NCBI GenBank assembly: GCA_009103225.1
Contig: RHPI01003389.1
Coordinates: forward strand, 849,162-913,161
Length of the DNA: 64,000 nucleotides
Source of the DNA: Chlorokybus atmophyticus
Lineage: Eukaryota; Plantae; Mesostigma and Chlorokybus algae
Direction of reading: 5' to 3'
Notes under the pieces: generated by a model
Seen by the model: the letters and a program-made list of their open reading frames with translations, nothing else
Databases searched by the model: none
What the model was told of the DNA's origin: nothing
Shown here: one piece after another, positions 25,301 through 37,942 of the stretch
Position numbering within the stretch: position 1 is the first letter of the stretch
How the letters are laid out: every line of letters starts with the position of its first letter
Made by a program: the position numbers and the translations under genes

Positions 25301-26544
25301 TTGATAGCAGGTGCACCCGGCGGCGCCTCGTGCAAGGTGCGAACAAGCTCCAGGTTTTTGGCACTGCGGACGATTGCAGCGGGATGAAGTGCACTACGCA
25401 GAAGTGTTCTCGGGCTGCTTAGCACTGGTGAAATTGATCCATCAACGTCACCAGTCTACTGTTAAACATACCTGTTGGCGTCAATGTACATGTGATGAAA
25501 GCTTCCGTTGAATGTCACCTGGAGGGCAGACGCTGGTTGAGCAACAGCAACACACAGCGGGAACTGCACTAGAGTGCACATCTTACTTTGAGCGACCCAG
25601 TTGCAATCACCATGTTATTTTCCAGCTCCACCCTGCGAGTACCCAAGCCACACTTATAACCTAGTACTTACCGGAACAACTGTTCAACAGTCAAAAGTCA
25701 AAAGTCAAGCTTCACGAAGGTCACATGGACCGTGCTTACCACTGCAGGACTGCGTAGGCTGCCGCCAAACACAGCTGCGAATTACTGCGCGTTAGACAAG
25801 ACCACAACCGGCCAGGGTCAGAAATCCCAATGCAATCGACGTCGCTGCGTTGTGCAACCAAAGCATACGTAGTGTTGCTGGCTGTCAATGTCCAAGTTGG
25901 CCGCCAGCTCTGAGTTGGCAAGGTTGCGGACCATAAGTGCTCCCTGCAAGCATACAACATCAAAGCTGAAACAAAAACATGGGCATTGTACGTGTAGGTG
26001 CCTTCAGAAACAGCTACGCTTAACCACCGACACTGCAACACACAGCTTAGACCATGCTGACAACACATGCAGCGAGCTGTTTGAGTTCCTTACCTTTGTA
26101 TCGTCAAAGCGGCTGCGCTCAAGCACCACTTTACGCGCTTGGTCAAACTCACACGCGGCAGCTACGGCATTGATGCCAACGTCACCGTCAGCGTTGGTGG
26201 ACATGAGCAGCTCGCCGGGCTCGTAGAACTGCAGCAGCGTTGCCGTGTTTTGGTATGCCCTGCTGGCTTCAATGAACTGCGACAGGTGCAGGCTTGGGTT
26301 TTCCAAGTCAACGGCAGCGACGCCAACCTGCCAAACAGAACTCTTTACAGCTGAATCGAGTTTCACTCACACAGGCTCGACTGGCCTGCAGCTGGTAAAA
26401 GGGCATGCACACCTCTCTAGCTCGATTCTCCACGAAAGCCACGACATAACGCCCAGATGAACCAGCTGCGCCTTCTGCGTCCTCCTCCACCTCCATCTCC
26501 GTCCCGTCATCCTCGTTCCGGACCTCGCCCGGCCCGCGCTTCAT
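20506..26544 (-). CDS. MSH4: Meiotic MutS homolog 4
   Basis: [18 protein letters not shown]...LSQFIE...[48 protein letters not shown], Walker [38 protein letters not shown]. All exons I traced join in phase; two introns use GC donors. Confidence 0.95.
21615..22376. repeat. Assembly gap (21615-22332) adjoining a (GA)n microsatellite in an MSH4 intron
   Basis: The N-run is followed by an ag repeat from 22333 to about 22376. Confidence 0.95.
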
Positions 26545-28001
26545 CGCCACCGCCACCGCCGCCGCCGGCCTGCCAGGAACTGCTTGAGCTGCATGCACGC
26601 AAGCGGGGTGAGTGCCGGAACTGCAAGCGCAGGGCCGACTGCTTAGCATGCATTTGACGACCACTATGGATAGTGCTGGACGCATGTTATTGTCAAGGTA
26701 CAGGTTTTGTGTACACAAAACCGGAAGTTACTTAGTGACTTACCAGAAGCTTTGTTTATTTGCAAGCGCTTATGGACGTCACTGTAGAACACTCCATTGC
26801 AGTTGACTCAACATCATGATGATAAAACATAACAATATACCATATCTTGGTGTTTACAGATGATAATTTATGCATACCTATGTATGTATGTTGTACACGT
26901 GTATAATATTGATATCAACATACGTGTGGACGATCATTTCAACACACGTGCATCATAATACAATACATGCATGCGATAAAATAATGTCATATAATAGCAA
27001 TTTAAAACAATAATAGAGCTTGAGTACATCGAGTTAAGGAGCAAACACTTTGATATAAAAACATAGAATGTTGAATACAATATTGGATACATCATGACAC
27101 AAAAGCCTAAAGAGTTTTCATATGCAAGTATTATTGCAACATGTTGTCAAAATTGCTTAATGTGCGTGATTCCAAATGCAATAATAGCGTCCAACAAAGT
27201 CGTGGCGTTCTCTTTATGCACACTATTAAAAGAGTTGAATGCAATTGTAATTTGCAACTATAATATGCAATTATAGTATTACTAGCAAATGTTGATAACA
27301 ATAAAAGCCAACTATGATATACACATGTCTCACTTGTTATCATACATTTATACTTGCTTTTAACACATACCATGTTACGAAGTGCAAAAGTATAATAAAT
27401 AAGCATAATGCATCGATATTGTAACATCGGTATAACATTACCTTGTAACGGTTGTGCATTGGGTCATATATTATTTATGGATGTTATTATACCGTAACGT
27501 TATGAACAACGTCGTTTTTATCATACATATACGAACTTGTCACACCGTTGTTGTAATATGTTGCTACTCGAAGTAGTCATTTTGCATATATATATTGAAT
27601 GGTAGTAGGTAAATGACAGTCCGTAGGTATATGATATCGCTTCATAACTTTCGCAACACTTGCTGAGCGGATTTTGCTCTGCAAGTGTTGTGCAGCTTCC
27701 AACTTGCTTGTGAGAACAAGGGTCCCCACGCGGGAACTCCCTGTCCAGCCCATCGCTCGTTAGGGTTGCATGAAGGCTCAGGACCATCCCAACGCCCGTG
27801 AGGCCTGATCCGGGACACAGCGGCGGCGGTATAGGTGGCGGCGGTGGAGCACCTGGCTTGTGCTTTAGGGCGATGGTGGGCCAGCTGGGTTGGTGTGAGC
27901 TTCCGCTGCTGCTGCAGACCAGCAAAGGCGGATCCTGATATCAAAGGGACACGCCTTCACCGCCTCCGCCTTGCCTACTCCTGGCCCGGCGTGGCCTGGC
28001 C

Positions 28002-31000
28002 ATGGCTGGCGTGGCTGTGAGGGACAGCAAGTCAAGAGGAAAGAGCCATGACCGCTATGTGAGTAATTATTTCTTGCTCAATGAGTTGACGATTTCTCAG
28101 CTTGTATGCTGTTCCGCACATATCCGGTGTTGTGGCAGTGTAGTCTGCAGACTGTGCTCGAGCTTAAGCTGCACGCTAGCATGAAAGCATGGTAATTGTT
28201 GTCATGGGCATTTGGTATATTGAATTGTTGAGATCCAATGTGCAATTGGTCTTGCAACAACAGCAACTGAGGCCTGCGCTCAAGGCGCGTGCATGTATGT
28301 AAACAGAGCACAGCTCAAGTCGATGCTCGGCCTTCCTCTTGCCACTCACATTTGCCATAGAGTGAGTGGCAAGAGGCAGGTCCTTGTAAGCACGGAACCG
28401 AACAAAAGACAGAAACACGAGTCGTTTTCAACATAGTCTTGGATACAGACATATAGTTTCGGACTAAAATAGTTCACAACTTCATGCTGGTGCGATCCCT
28501 TGTGACACGTGGGAGAACTGCGTGCATTACAGCACTGCTTTAGTAAGTAGCTGAAACACAGTGCTACCATTGACATCCCTAAAGCATTCTTAGAGCATGT
28601 TTACTTTTCTCAATCGCGTGCATTGTGTCAGCTGAAACTTGCTGAAACTCGTGTTGCCACTTAGCAACCATGAAGGAATGAAGCCTTTCTTGTCTGCTTT
28701 TTGGAAATTCTGTGTTCATAGGTTATTGGAGATGAGATTGGGCGAGGCGCGTACGGTAAGGTGTACAAGGGCACCAACACGCACGATGGCAGCATTGTGG
28801 CCATTAAGCAAGTCTCGTTGGAAAACGTCAAGCAATCTGACCTGGCCGGCATCATGGTGAGTTTGTGCTGCCCTATCAGCATGCACATCACCTCCACTTC
28901 AACGTTGCATGTGAACGTTATTATTCACACTGATGCTGTGGTTCATTGCTGGCAGGTGGAGATTGACTTGCTGAAGGCGAGTGTTTTGGCCATGTGGCAA
29001 ACAGTTGTGTATTTCACTATGCGCTCATGTTTTCTGTGTTGTGTGATTGTCATAGAACTTGAACCACAAGAACATTGTCAAGTACCTGGGATCCTACAAG
29101 ACGAGCTCCCATCTTTACATTATACTCGAGTAAGTGAGGCAGGCACAGATTGCGTGGCTCAGCCTGATGGATAACAGCTGCAAACCGTGCCTGGACAGGC
29201 ATGCTCACGTGCAAACACCTGCACCATCTTCACTCAATTATTGATGTCATCATAGATATGTCGAGAACGGGTCTTTGGCAAACATGATCAAGCCCAGCAA
29301 GTTTGGAGCACTGTCCGAGTCCTTGGTGGCTCTTTACACCGCTCAGGTAGAGCAATCAATGAAAGCTGCTGAGCGATGTTCATTTAGCAGTTGTTTTCAC
29401 GTAACTCAGCATCGCGTACTTGCTTAGATCCTGGAAGGGTTGGTGTACTTGCACGAGCAAGGCGTAATCCATCGCGACATCAAGGGCGCCAACATACTGA
29501 CGACCAAAGAGGTGCGCCTGCCTTCGTCAGCTGCATCATACGAAGTTGACATTGGCAATGCCTCAAACCGTGTGTGCATGCGTGCATGTGTGCATGCGTG
29601 TGTGTCATGTTGCTGAATCATCTGCGTTCAGGGTCTGGTGAAGTTAGCCGACTTTGGTGTTGCCACCAAGCTGACTGAAGCGGAGCAGAAGGCGCAACAG
29701 AGCAAAGGCACTTCTGTTGTAGGCTCACCTTACTGGATGGCTCCCGAGGTCAGGTTTTGTTGTTAGCGTGTGCATTACCACTGTCCCTCTCACAACAGTT
29801 GGAAGGAGCTTTAACTGTGTTCATAGGTTATTGTTATGTCGGGAGTGAGTGCGGCATCCGACATATGGGGAGTTGGCTGTACGGTAAGCCTTCAACATAG
29901 TGTGCGACCTCCGTATGTGCTGCCATATGCTAATCAGCATGTGTTGCCCAGGTGATAGAGTTGTTGACAGGGGCACCGCCATACTTTGAGATGCAACATT
30001 ACTCGGCGCTGTTCCACATTGTTCAGGTAGCAGCCTTTGTTGACTGTGCTTATAACTGCGTGTCATTTTAGGCGCTGTCCAAACTGTAATGCATTGCTTC
30101 TCTGGGTACTGTATTTCCTGCATGCACATGTTATATATAACAAGCGTGGGAGCAGATTGAACGGTGTTGGTATTTTGAATGTGCATCATGATACATTGTG
30201 AAGTGTTGTTGCTGGATGGATCTTATCTGCACTGTTCACATGACATGAGTCTCACTAAAACTGATGCGCACAAGTGCGCGCCCCTTTGTGTATAACGGCG
30301 CAGCTTGCCCATTTATGGTCATGCGAATGCAGGATGATTGCGTGCCTCTTCCCGAGTCAATAACACCGTTAATGAAGGACTTCCTTGTGCAGTGCTTCAA
30401 GAAGGCATGAATAGTAGTCACATTTGCTTTGCTGCTAGGCTCTCCCTGATCTGCATCTCACATAGTTGCCATCCTCTCGTGCAGGACCCCAAAGAAAGAG
30501 GCAGTGCAAAGAAGCTGCTGCGCCATCCTTGGATTCGGCAAAATCGACGCGCATTGCAAAATTCCATATCCAGACATACTGGAAGGCTGCAGCTCAGGTA
30601 AGTGTGTGTGCAAACGCGCGCATGTACTGTGTTACTGCTACTATACGTCATAGTAATAAGTGGCTGCTCTTGTGTCCATGATTGCATGTAAGCATGGCAC
30701 AAGCATCACCAACATTATGTATACGCAGCCTTCCTCGTGACATTGATGAAGAGGTGGAGACAGTTGTTGCCAAGTCCATTCAGCTTGATGCAAACAATCT
30801 GGACAACCCCATCGATGAGCCGGACGAGGTGCCGGTGTCCATGTCGCAGTCATTCGAGCGCGCGTCCAGCTTGCTGCCATTAGACCGGCCGGCCATCCCT
30901 CCTGCCAGCTCGCATCATCACAACCATCAACATCATCCAACGGCACCCGTCCCGACCACCATCAATGCCAACGGACATGCACGCTCGTTCACTGATCCCT

Positions 31001-34000
31001 CCCCCACGTCCGCAACGCCACCAGTGCACAAACAAGCGTCTCTCACGGGACAGGAAGCCAGTAGCAGCTGGAAGGAGCTCACCAGGCGGCATTCGGTACT
31101 TGTTGTGTTAGTCTTGTGTGTGTAAATGCACGTGAGCGTGTGTGTGCGCGTGTGTCTCATGCCCAATAATTGTTGTTTGTGGCTAGGCATCTAAAGAAGA
31201 TGATACGCTGTCCTCAAAAAGCACAAGCTCAGCCAGTTCGAGGTATCGTCTTGCAGAAGGCATCACGTGTGCAAGGCTGCACATGTTGGTTCGCAAGTAA
31301 AGCTAACAATGTTTTATGCAGGTCCATGGCTGCTGCTTTTGTGGCCAGTGGAGGTTTAACATCGCCGGACTCATCACTCCGCCAGAGATCTGCAGAGTGG
31401 CGGTTGTCATCGGGCAACTTGGGGGTGAGACATACACTACATGTGGACTTTGTGGTTGTTCAACATGGCAACCTGTTGCGATTGTCATATTGTGGTTTGT
31501 GTGCTCAGCGCGTGCGACCACTTAGCCGACTGCGCAGTGATGCATCAGAGGAAGCTGAGGCGGCCCGGCAGGCTGACGAACACGACATGGCTACCACGAG
31601 CGAGTTGGACGGCCTCACAATGGACGACAACAACAGCAGCAACAACAACAACAACAACAACAGCAGTAACAACAACAATGGCGTTGCCACGGCAGCGACA
31701 GAGCTGGAAGCAAGGTTCAGAGTGCGCTTCTCGCCCACGCAGGAGCAGCAGCAGAGTGCCGGCGCAGCCGGTGATAATCAGGCCACATTTGCAGCAACTG
31801 AGTCAAGCCCATTCCCGCCTGTTGCACGCACGTTAACCGAAGCTGAAGTGGACGGCCTCGATCTAGACAAGACCGACAACTACGCGCAACAGACGGCGGA
31901 GCTATCAAAGATACTGTTTTCGTTGGGTCCTGATGCGCCTGAGGGCATTGTGCTCGGCTCATGCCAGCAGCTCCTGCGCGTGCTGCGGGACAACGCCGAC
32001 ATGAAGGGCTACCTTATTGCGCACCGCGCCATCACGCCCCTCATCGAGATGCTCGACTCAGACAACACCAACATACTGCTTGCGGCGCTCCAGGTTGTGA
32101 ACTTCGTCATTACGGACAACGCTACTTTTCAGGTGTGTAAAGTCGTCCGTGCATTGTTTATAAGGAAGTTATGTACGCGCACATGCACGCATAAACACAC
32201 ACACGTGTGTGCGTGAAGTGCGTGTGCGGCACACACACTTGTACACATGCATGCATGCATGCTGAAGCGCACACTATGGTTGTGAGTCTAATGCAACTTG
32301 TGTGAACAGGAAAATGTATGCCTCCTAGGGTTGATTCCCATGGTGATGCGGTTCTTGGACTCCAGTTACTCAAAGGCTGTGCGGCTGCAAGCCGCAGCCT
32401 TTATGAGGCAGATATGCTGCACTGGCACCCTCACCTTGCAGCTGTTCGTGGCCTGTCAAGGCATTCCTGTCTTGGTCAAACTGCTCGAGACAGATCCCGA
32501 TTGCAGGTTGGCTGAATGTGATTTGCTGCACGCACATACATGTGTGCTTGCGGGTGCGGGTGCGGGTGCGCGGGTCACCAACAATAACACTTTCCTGTTG
32601 CAGGGACATGCTCTACGCTGGCATTGACGGTATTTGGCAAGTCTTTCGGGTGCAGACCGGCATATCCAAGGGCGAAACTTGCAAGCTTCTCACCAAAGCG
32701 GGAATGGTGGAGCGACTGGTGGATGCGCTCGCCAGTTTTAATGACAACCGCAGCCGCAGGCGCACAACAGAGCTCATTACGGTTTTGGACGCTGGTAAGA
32801 TGTTACACGACATACATCTGCACTTGTTCAGAGAAAGGTACCATGCATGCAATGACCTTGCGCGCACATGTGCTTATAGGCTCGCTCGTGTGTACAGTTA
32901 CAAACGGTGAAGGCCATGAGTCTGACCTCAAGAGTTGGAAATTGCACACTGCAGCGTACGCTGAGAAGGTAAGTGTTGATGTTAATTGGTGCGTGTTGGT
33001 AGTCAGTCTGCAGGCAATGATGGACCAATTGCTGGCAGGTTGCAAACATACTGCTGGTCCTTGCCCATGCCGACGCAAGCGTGAGGACGCAGATGTACAG
33101 CACACAACTCTTGCACAAGTTGTTCAAGCAGCTATCTTTGCTGGAGCCCGCAGCACTGGTGAAGGTAAACTTGTGTCTGTTGTGGGGTTCTGCCTTGCGT
33201 GTTATACTCATTGAACTTTGCATTCCAGATATATCTTCTCTCTTTCTGCTGCTCAGGTGCTTAGGGTATTGCGACAGCTGTCTCTGGATGCCAATGCGTT
33301 GGAGTCGTTACACCGAGGAGGCGCAATTTTGCACCTCGTGCCGTTGCTGGACCACACGGATCACCTATTGGCCAAAGAGGTGTCAACCGAGGTGCGAACT
33401 GCCACAGCTTGCGAGATGATGATGAACCAAAAAAGGATGGTGTTGATCATGACGGTGGTTACCACCATCACGACACAAAACAGAAGGAGGTGCTGACTCT
33501 CTGATGTTGTACTCATTGCAGGTGTTACAAGTACTTTTTCACCTTTGTGCGTGCAACCGCGCACGGCTTGAGCAAGCAGCCAGCGCCGGAATCGTGCCTG
33601 TGTTGACGAGTGTGGCCTCGCAACCCGAATCACCACTTCTCACGTAGGCTCAGAAGGATGCAATCAGCTGCTTGCCATGCAACATGTACATATAATCATG
33701 TTGTGCGTGTGCCTCTGCAGGTATGCGGTGCCGCTGCTGTGTGAGCTCGCGCATGTGTCGAAGAGCACGCGGTCAGAGTTGTGGCGGCACAACGGTCATG
33801 ATGTCATGTTGGATTTGCTTCGCCACTCGCAATGGTTTGGATCAGTACTTGTGCGCATACATCCGCCTGTTTTAATATGATATAAGCTGCATTTCAGAGT
33901 TGAACCTGTATTGTTGTATTGCATCTTGGGCAGGCAATCACTGGCTATGGAGGCGCTGGCAGTATGGCTTCTTCATGAGCCGTCGCGGGTTGAGCAGAGG

Positions 34001-34695
34001 CTGTTGCAGGTTAGTGTAATTCATATACAAGTCATCATGGGCAGGTGGTGTCATGCTTGTTGCTGATGCCATTCACAACTTGTTTGGGAAAAAAGTCCAC
34101 TCACTCAACATGATCACGCAGGCGGACGCTATCCAAGCACTCATTGGCTTGTTTGAGGCTGGCAAGGCTGTTGATGAAGACCTTTTGGAGTCCTTCCTGC
34201 GTATCATCAGGTATGTTTGGGCTTTCCAAGCCAATGAGCCCTAGAATCAGGATTGAAGGCGTTTCTGCAGCTGGTGTACTCACCACCATGCTTTCATGTG
34301 GCAGTAAAAGCAAAAGGCTGAATGTCAGCATGTCAACCAGCGGCAGGCTCATGACTCTCCTCACGGCTCGCATGCACTCCAGCGACAATTTTGCTCGCAT
34401 TGCTCTACTCAAAACCATTAAGGTGGGAGTGCGTTTGTAATCTATGTCTATCACGCATGGAGGGTACTGCAATACTTACTGCACTTCAAGTGGTGTTGCA
34501 CATGTGACTGACACAGGATTGTGTTGATAGATACTCTATGAGCAACATCCCAACCCACGCCAGTTTATGGCTGAAAATGATGTGACAAACCACTTGAGAA
34601 AGGTTGTGGAAAGCGAGAAGGACACAATGAATGTGTTGGTGCGACAAACAGCGAAGGCGCTGTTAGAGTCGATGTTGATAAATAAAGTGTATTAA
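28002..34695 (+). CDS. MAP3Ke: MAP3K-epsilon / Cdc7(Sp)-Cdc15-like STE kinase with C-terminal ARM repeats
   Basis: [84 protein letters not shown] region [12 protein letters not shown]...; ends LINKVY* at 34695. Two GC-AG introns. Confidence 0.93.
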
Positions 34696-35073
34696 TGTAC
34701 AGGTTGAACTTCAGTTGTGTACAGCATTGCTGACTGCTCCTCCGCAGCTCTGTAGTATGTGTGCAGATTGTAGAGTACATTGCTTTGTTACAACATGCAA
34801 ACACTTGGTTGTTTGGTGTTCATAGAGGTTGTATAAATTCTACACAGACGTGCGCATATTAAGTCTGCATGACATGTATGATGTGCCCAGTATACATGTG
34901 CCTCCTATTGGTATACCTATGTGCCCTTGTGTTGTGTATGTATGTGCATTGGGTAGGCAGCTACGTGTATGGTTTCACGTCAGGGTTTGCAGGTTGCTTG
35001 ATGCGGGATTGCTGCTTGCAGTAAATATTTGACTTGCATCATTCAAGTGAGTAGCGCTGACGAGTTCAACTTA

Positions 35074-35233
35074 CCGTATTTACTCTATCAGCCCCCCCCC
35101 CCCCCCCCTCCCCCCCCCCGGGTCGAGTAAAGTCCCCCACCAATGGAAAAGCATTCTCTTAGACTTATTTCTTACTAATAGTGGGGGGAAAGGCCTTGGT
35201 AAAAAGTGGGGGACTACAATTGAGTAAATGCAG
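35074..35233. mobile_element. Short MITE of the same TA-CCGTATTT family
   Basis: TA|ccgtatttactc ... gagtaaatgcag|TA (10/12 TIR match). Internal poly-C run and gtcccccac / gtggggggac inverted modules. Confidence 0.7.
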
Positions 35234-36421
35234 TAAGTCAATTCTTCTTTTTATCTGTCATGAACTTCTATTAATGACGCACAGTGTGCTTTACAGCACA
35301 TGTGCGTCTGCGTATGCATAAATTGAGAAGGTGCAGTTACGTGTGCGCAAGTCTAAACGCGCAATCACTGTTGACGAGCATGTAAAGCAAATAAATGCGA
35401 TTTCATGCTCAAATCAGCACAGTAGCGAACTGCACAGTGGCGAGGAGGGCAAGGGGTCACCACTTGCGCAGCAGAGGCGTGGTGGTCAGGCCGGGCATCA
35501 CGCAGGTGTTCACGTCGACAACGACGCAGACTGACTGGGCCCCGCCGCCACCCAACCTCATCCCCCTGTACGACACAGAAACGACTGCAGGCATGGTCAG
35601 TACGCTAGTCACCGTTAGTAGCTTGTGGACCATATGCAACAGCAGCAGCATGAACTGTAACAGCACAACACAGTCACAGCACCAACAACATGACTGGAAG
35701 CAGTCTAACAAGACAACAACCAACAACACAGTAACAGCGACCACAAAATGACCAACAACATGACAGTAAGCACTGTTACAAGACAGTAGCAGCAAGGACA
35801 ATGACTGCATGTGTCGAAGCAGTGATAGTCAGCGAGCGAGCGCCAAATGCTATGACTAGCACCCGTGTATCTTTCGCGCTAAGGCGCGTGCGCAAGGGGA
35901 GGGGGGGGGGGAGTTACGCCAAAACTAAGAGTTTCATCCATTGAGGCTTGAATTGGCGGTTGTGGCAAGGGCTGAAGATCAATTCTCTTGCGTAGTGCTC
36001 TCTGAATGATTGTGTTACTTGTGTGATGCGTATCACACACGAACGTTAAGCACCGATCCTACCCAAACCAATCAATGGTATGACTTTGTTGAGTAGTGCT
36101 GATTGTCTGTCATGTCATGTCATGTGTGGTAGCCTTAATGATAACGAGCAAGTACTCTATGAGAAGTGCAAAGCAAGACGGCAAATGTACATAATAGGCG
36201 AGGCTAGCATACGGATGAAAACATCCACTTTACAGTTGTTACATGTGAGCAGCAAGACATGTCTCACACTCTTGTGCGTGTCACAACCTCATGTATCTCA
36301 TATATTATACACCACTCAACCATTTGCTCATAATTCCAGTGTGAGTCTGGCTTACTCATCTAAGCACACAATACCGCTTTACCCAGCTGTACGCACACAA
36401 CACCGGTGACCTTCTTATTGT

Positions 36422-36465
36422 TACTAGACTGGCTTATCCGTGCTACTAGACTAGCTTATCCGTGC
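36422..36465. repeat. 22-bp tandem duplication
   Basis: tactagactggcttatccgtgc followed by tactagactagcttatccgtgc (1 mismatch). Confidence 0.85.
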
Positions 36466-36529
36466 TGAGCCTGAGCAATACAAGCACATGTGTAGGTATG
36501 TCCGTTTGCCAGGTGCAACAACTTCACTT

Positions 36530-37942
36530 CTAAAGACCTGCCAGGTGCGCGGCTATTGCTGCAGCCTTATGACTGAGCTTTAGCGGTGCGTGCGTGATGT
36601 TGCCGGTGCGTGGCTCGGTCAAAGAACCCATGATGTGCACGAAGTCATCATCCACATTGACTCTGTTGCAAAAGGTGATCAAGCAGCGTTAGTTCCTGCC
36701 GTACACAAGGGGGGCAGGAAGTCAGCACCCAAGCAAGTTACTCACTGTGCGGCGATAAACACGACGTCAGAGGCTTCCCCAATCTGATGCGAGCTGTCTC
36801 GCTGGTCCTGCCAGCAACTCTGTGTCTGGTTGTATCTAAGTGCAGGCCTTAAGCTGTCGGCAGGAATAGTGCTGCTGAAGACTCCCAGCACAAGTAGCCC
36901 GATGAAGTCAGCAGATACAGTTGTCACCTTTCCAGCTGCAACCAAGACAAACAAGTGCATTGGACATAAAGCTACGTGAACTGGCTGTGCTGTGACAATG
37001 CAAGACTGGACAGCAGGTTATGCACACGTATGTGCTCAACAAGATGCACTGCAGATGCCGTACCGAGGCGGCTGCCGACGACGGGCGTGAACAGCAGGAA
37101 GGTAGCCGTCATCTGGACGCGGAAATATGGGTTAATTCCTGGCAGCAGCGGGATATCCTTGCTCGCCAACTTCTCATCGGAATAGGCAAGCACCACCCCT
37201 CCAAGCCCGTTGTTGTACCTGTTGCGAACGCGTGTGACAACCTTGCTTGCAGCCAAGGCATTCAATGCATGAGACCATTGCTTTGTACAGCTGCGTACAG
37301 CGATTTGACCTTGAGCGCGCACGTACTCAAACAGATCGTGGCACCAGTTTGACATCTACAAGGAGCAGTACCCCGCCTCCCCCCAACACACACCGTTGTA
37401 CATAACAATGTCTACAGCAGTGCGTGGCGACATCAAGTTACTTGATAAGTAGAGCATAAGTAGAGCATATGCATAGATGGCGCAATATGTTGAGCAAAAA
37501 CAAGCGTTGTGAAGAAAGACCGCTTTCAAGCTGTGCAACCATCCACATGTGCAATGCTTGGAACATGCACTTGCAACTTGCAGGCGTTTCCAATGCGTGC
37601 TTTACACATTTATGCTACATTACATGAACAGCCCAAGGAGGTGTCCGTAACTCAGGTATGCACAGAGTTTTGTTATGCTATGAAGCACGACTCACGTACA
37701 GCAGGGCAAACGCACCGCATGAGCAGCTTGTTGAGATGGCTCCGCAGCCCAGCAGCAAAGCGCGGGCCAGCGTGGGACGGGTGCATGTCAACCCGCAGGC
37801 TGGCGGTGACCTCCCGCAGCCACGATGAGTTTGGACCCTCCACATTGGCTTCATCAGCGCCCTGCTCACTCAATCCAACCCTCCCGCTCCCGGATGCCCC
37901 CCCATTGTTGTGCAGCAGCTCCAGCTCCCTCACCGCTGACAT
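36530..37942 (-). CDS. RPA43: RNA polymerase I subunit RPA43
   Basis: LRVDMHPSH...LRSHLNKLLMRYNNGLGGVVLAYS...PYFRVQMTATFLLFTPVVGSRLAGKVTTVSADFIGLLVLGVFSSTI (RPB7/RPA43 OB-fold pattern). Four exons in phase; probable 5'UTR intron at about 37962-38383. Confidence 0.8.

Noticed and set aside
31085-31100. Possible seventh GC donor (accag|gcggca) in MAP3K
   Set aside because: An intermediate exon ([19 protein letters not shown], about 31188-31243) resolves the phase with ordinary GT donors.
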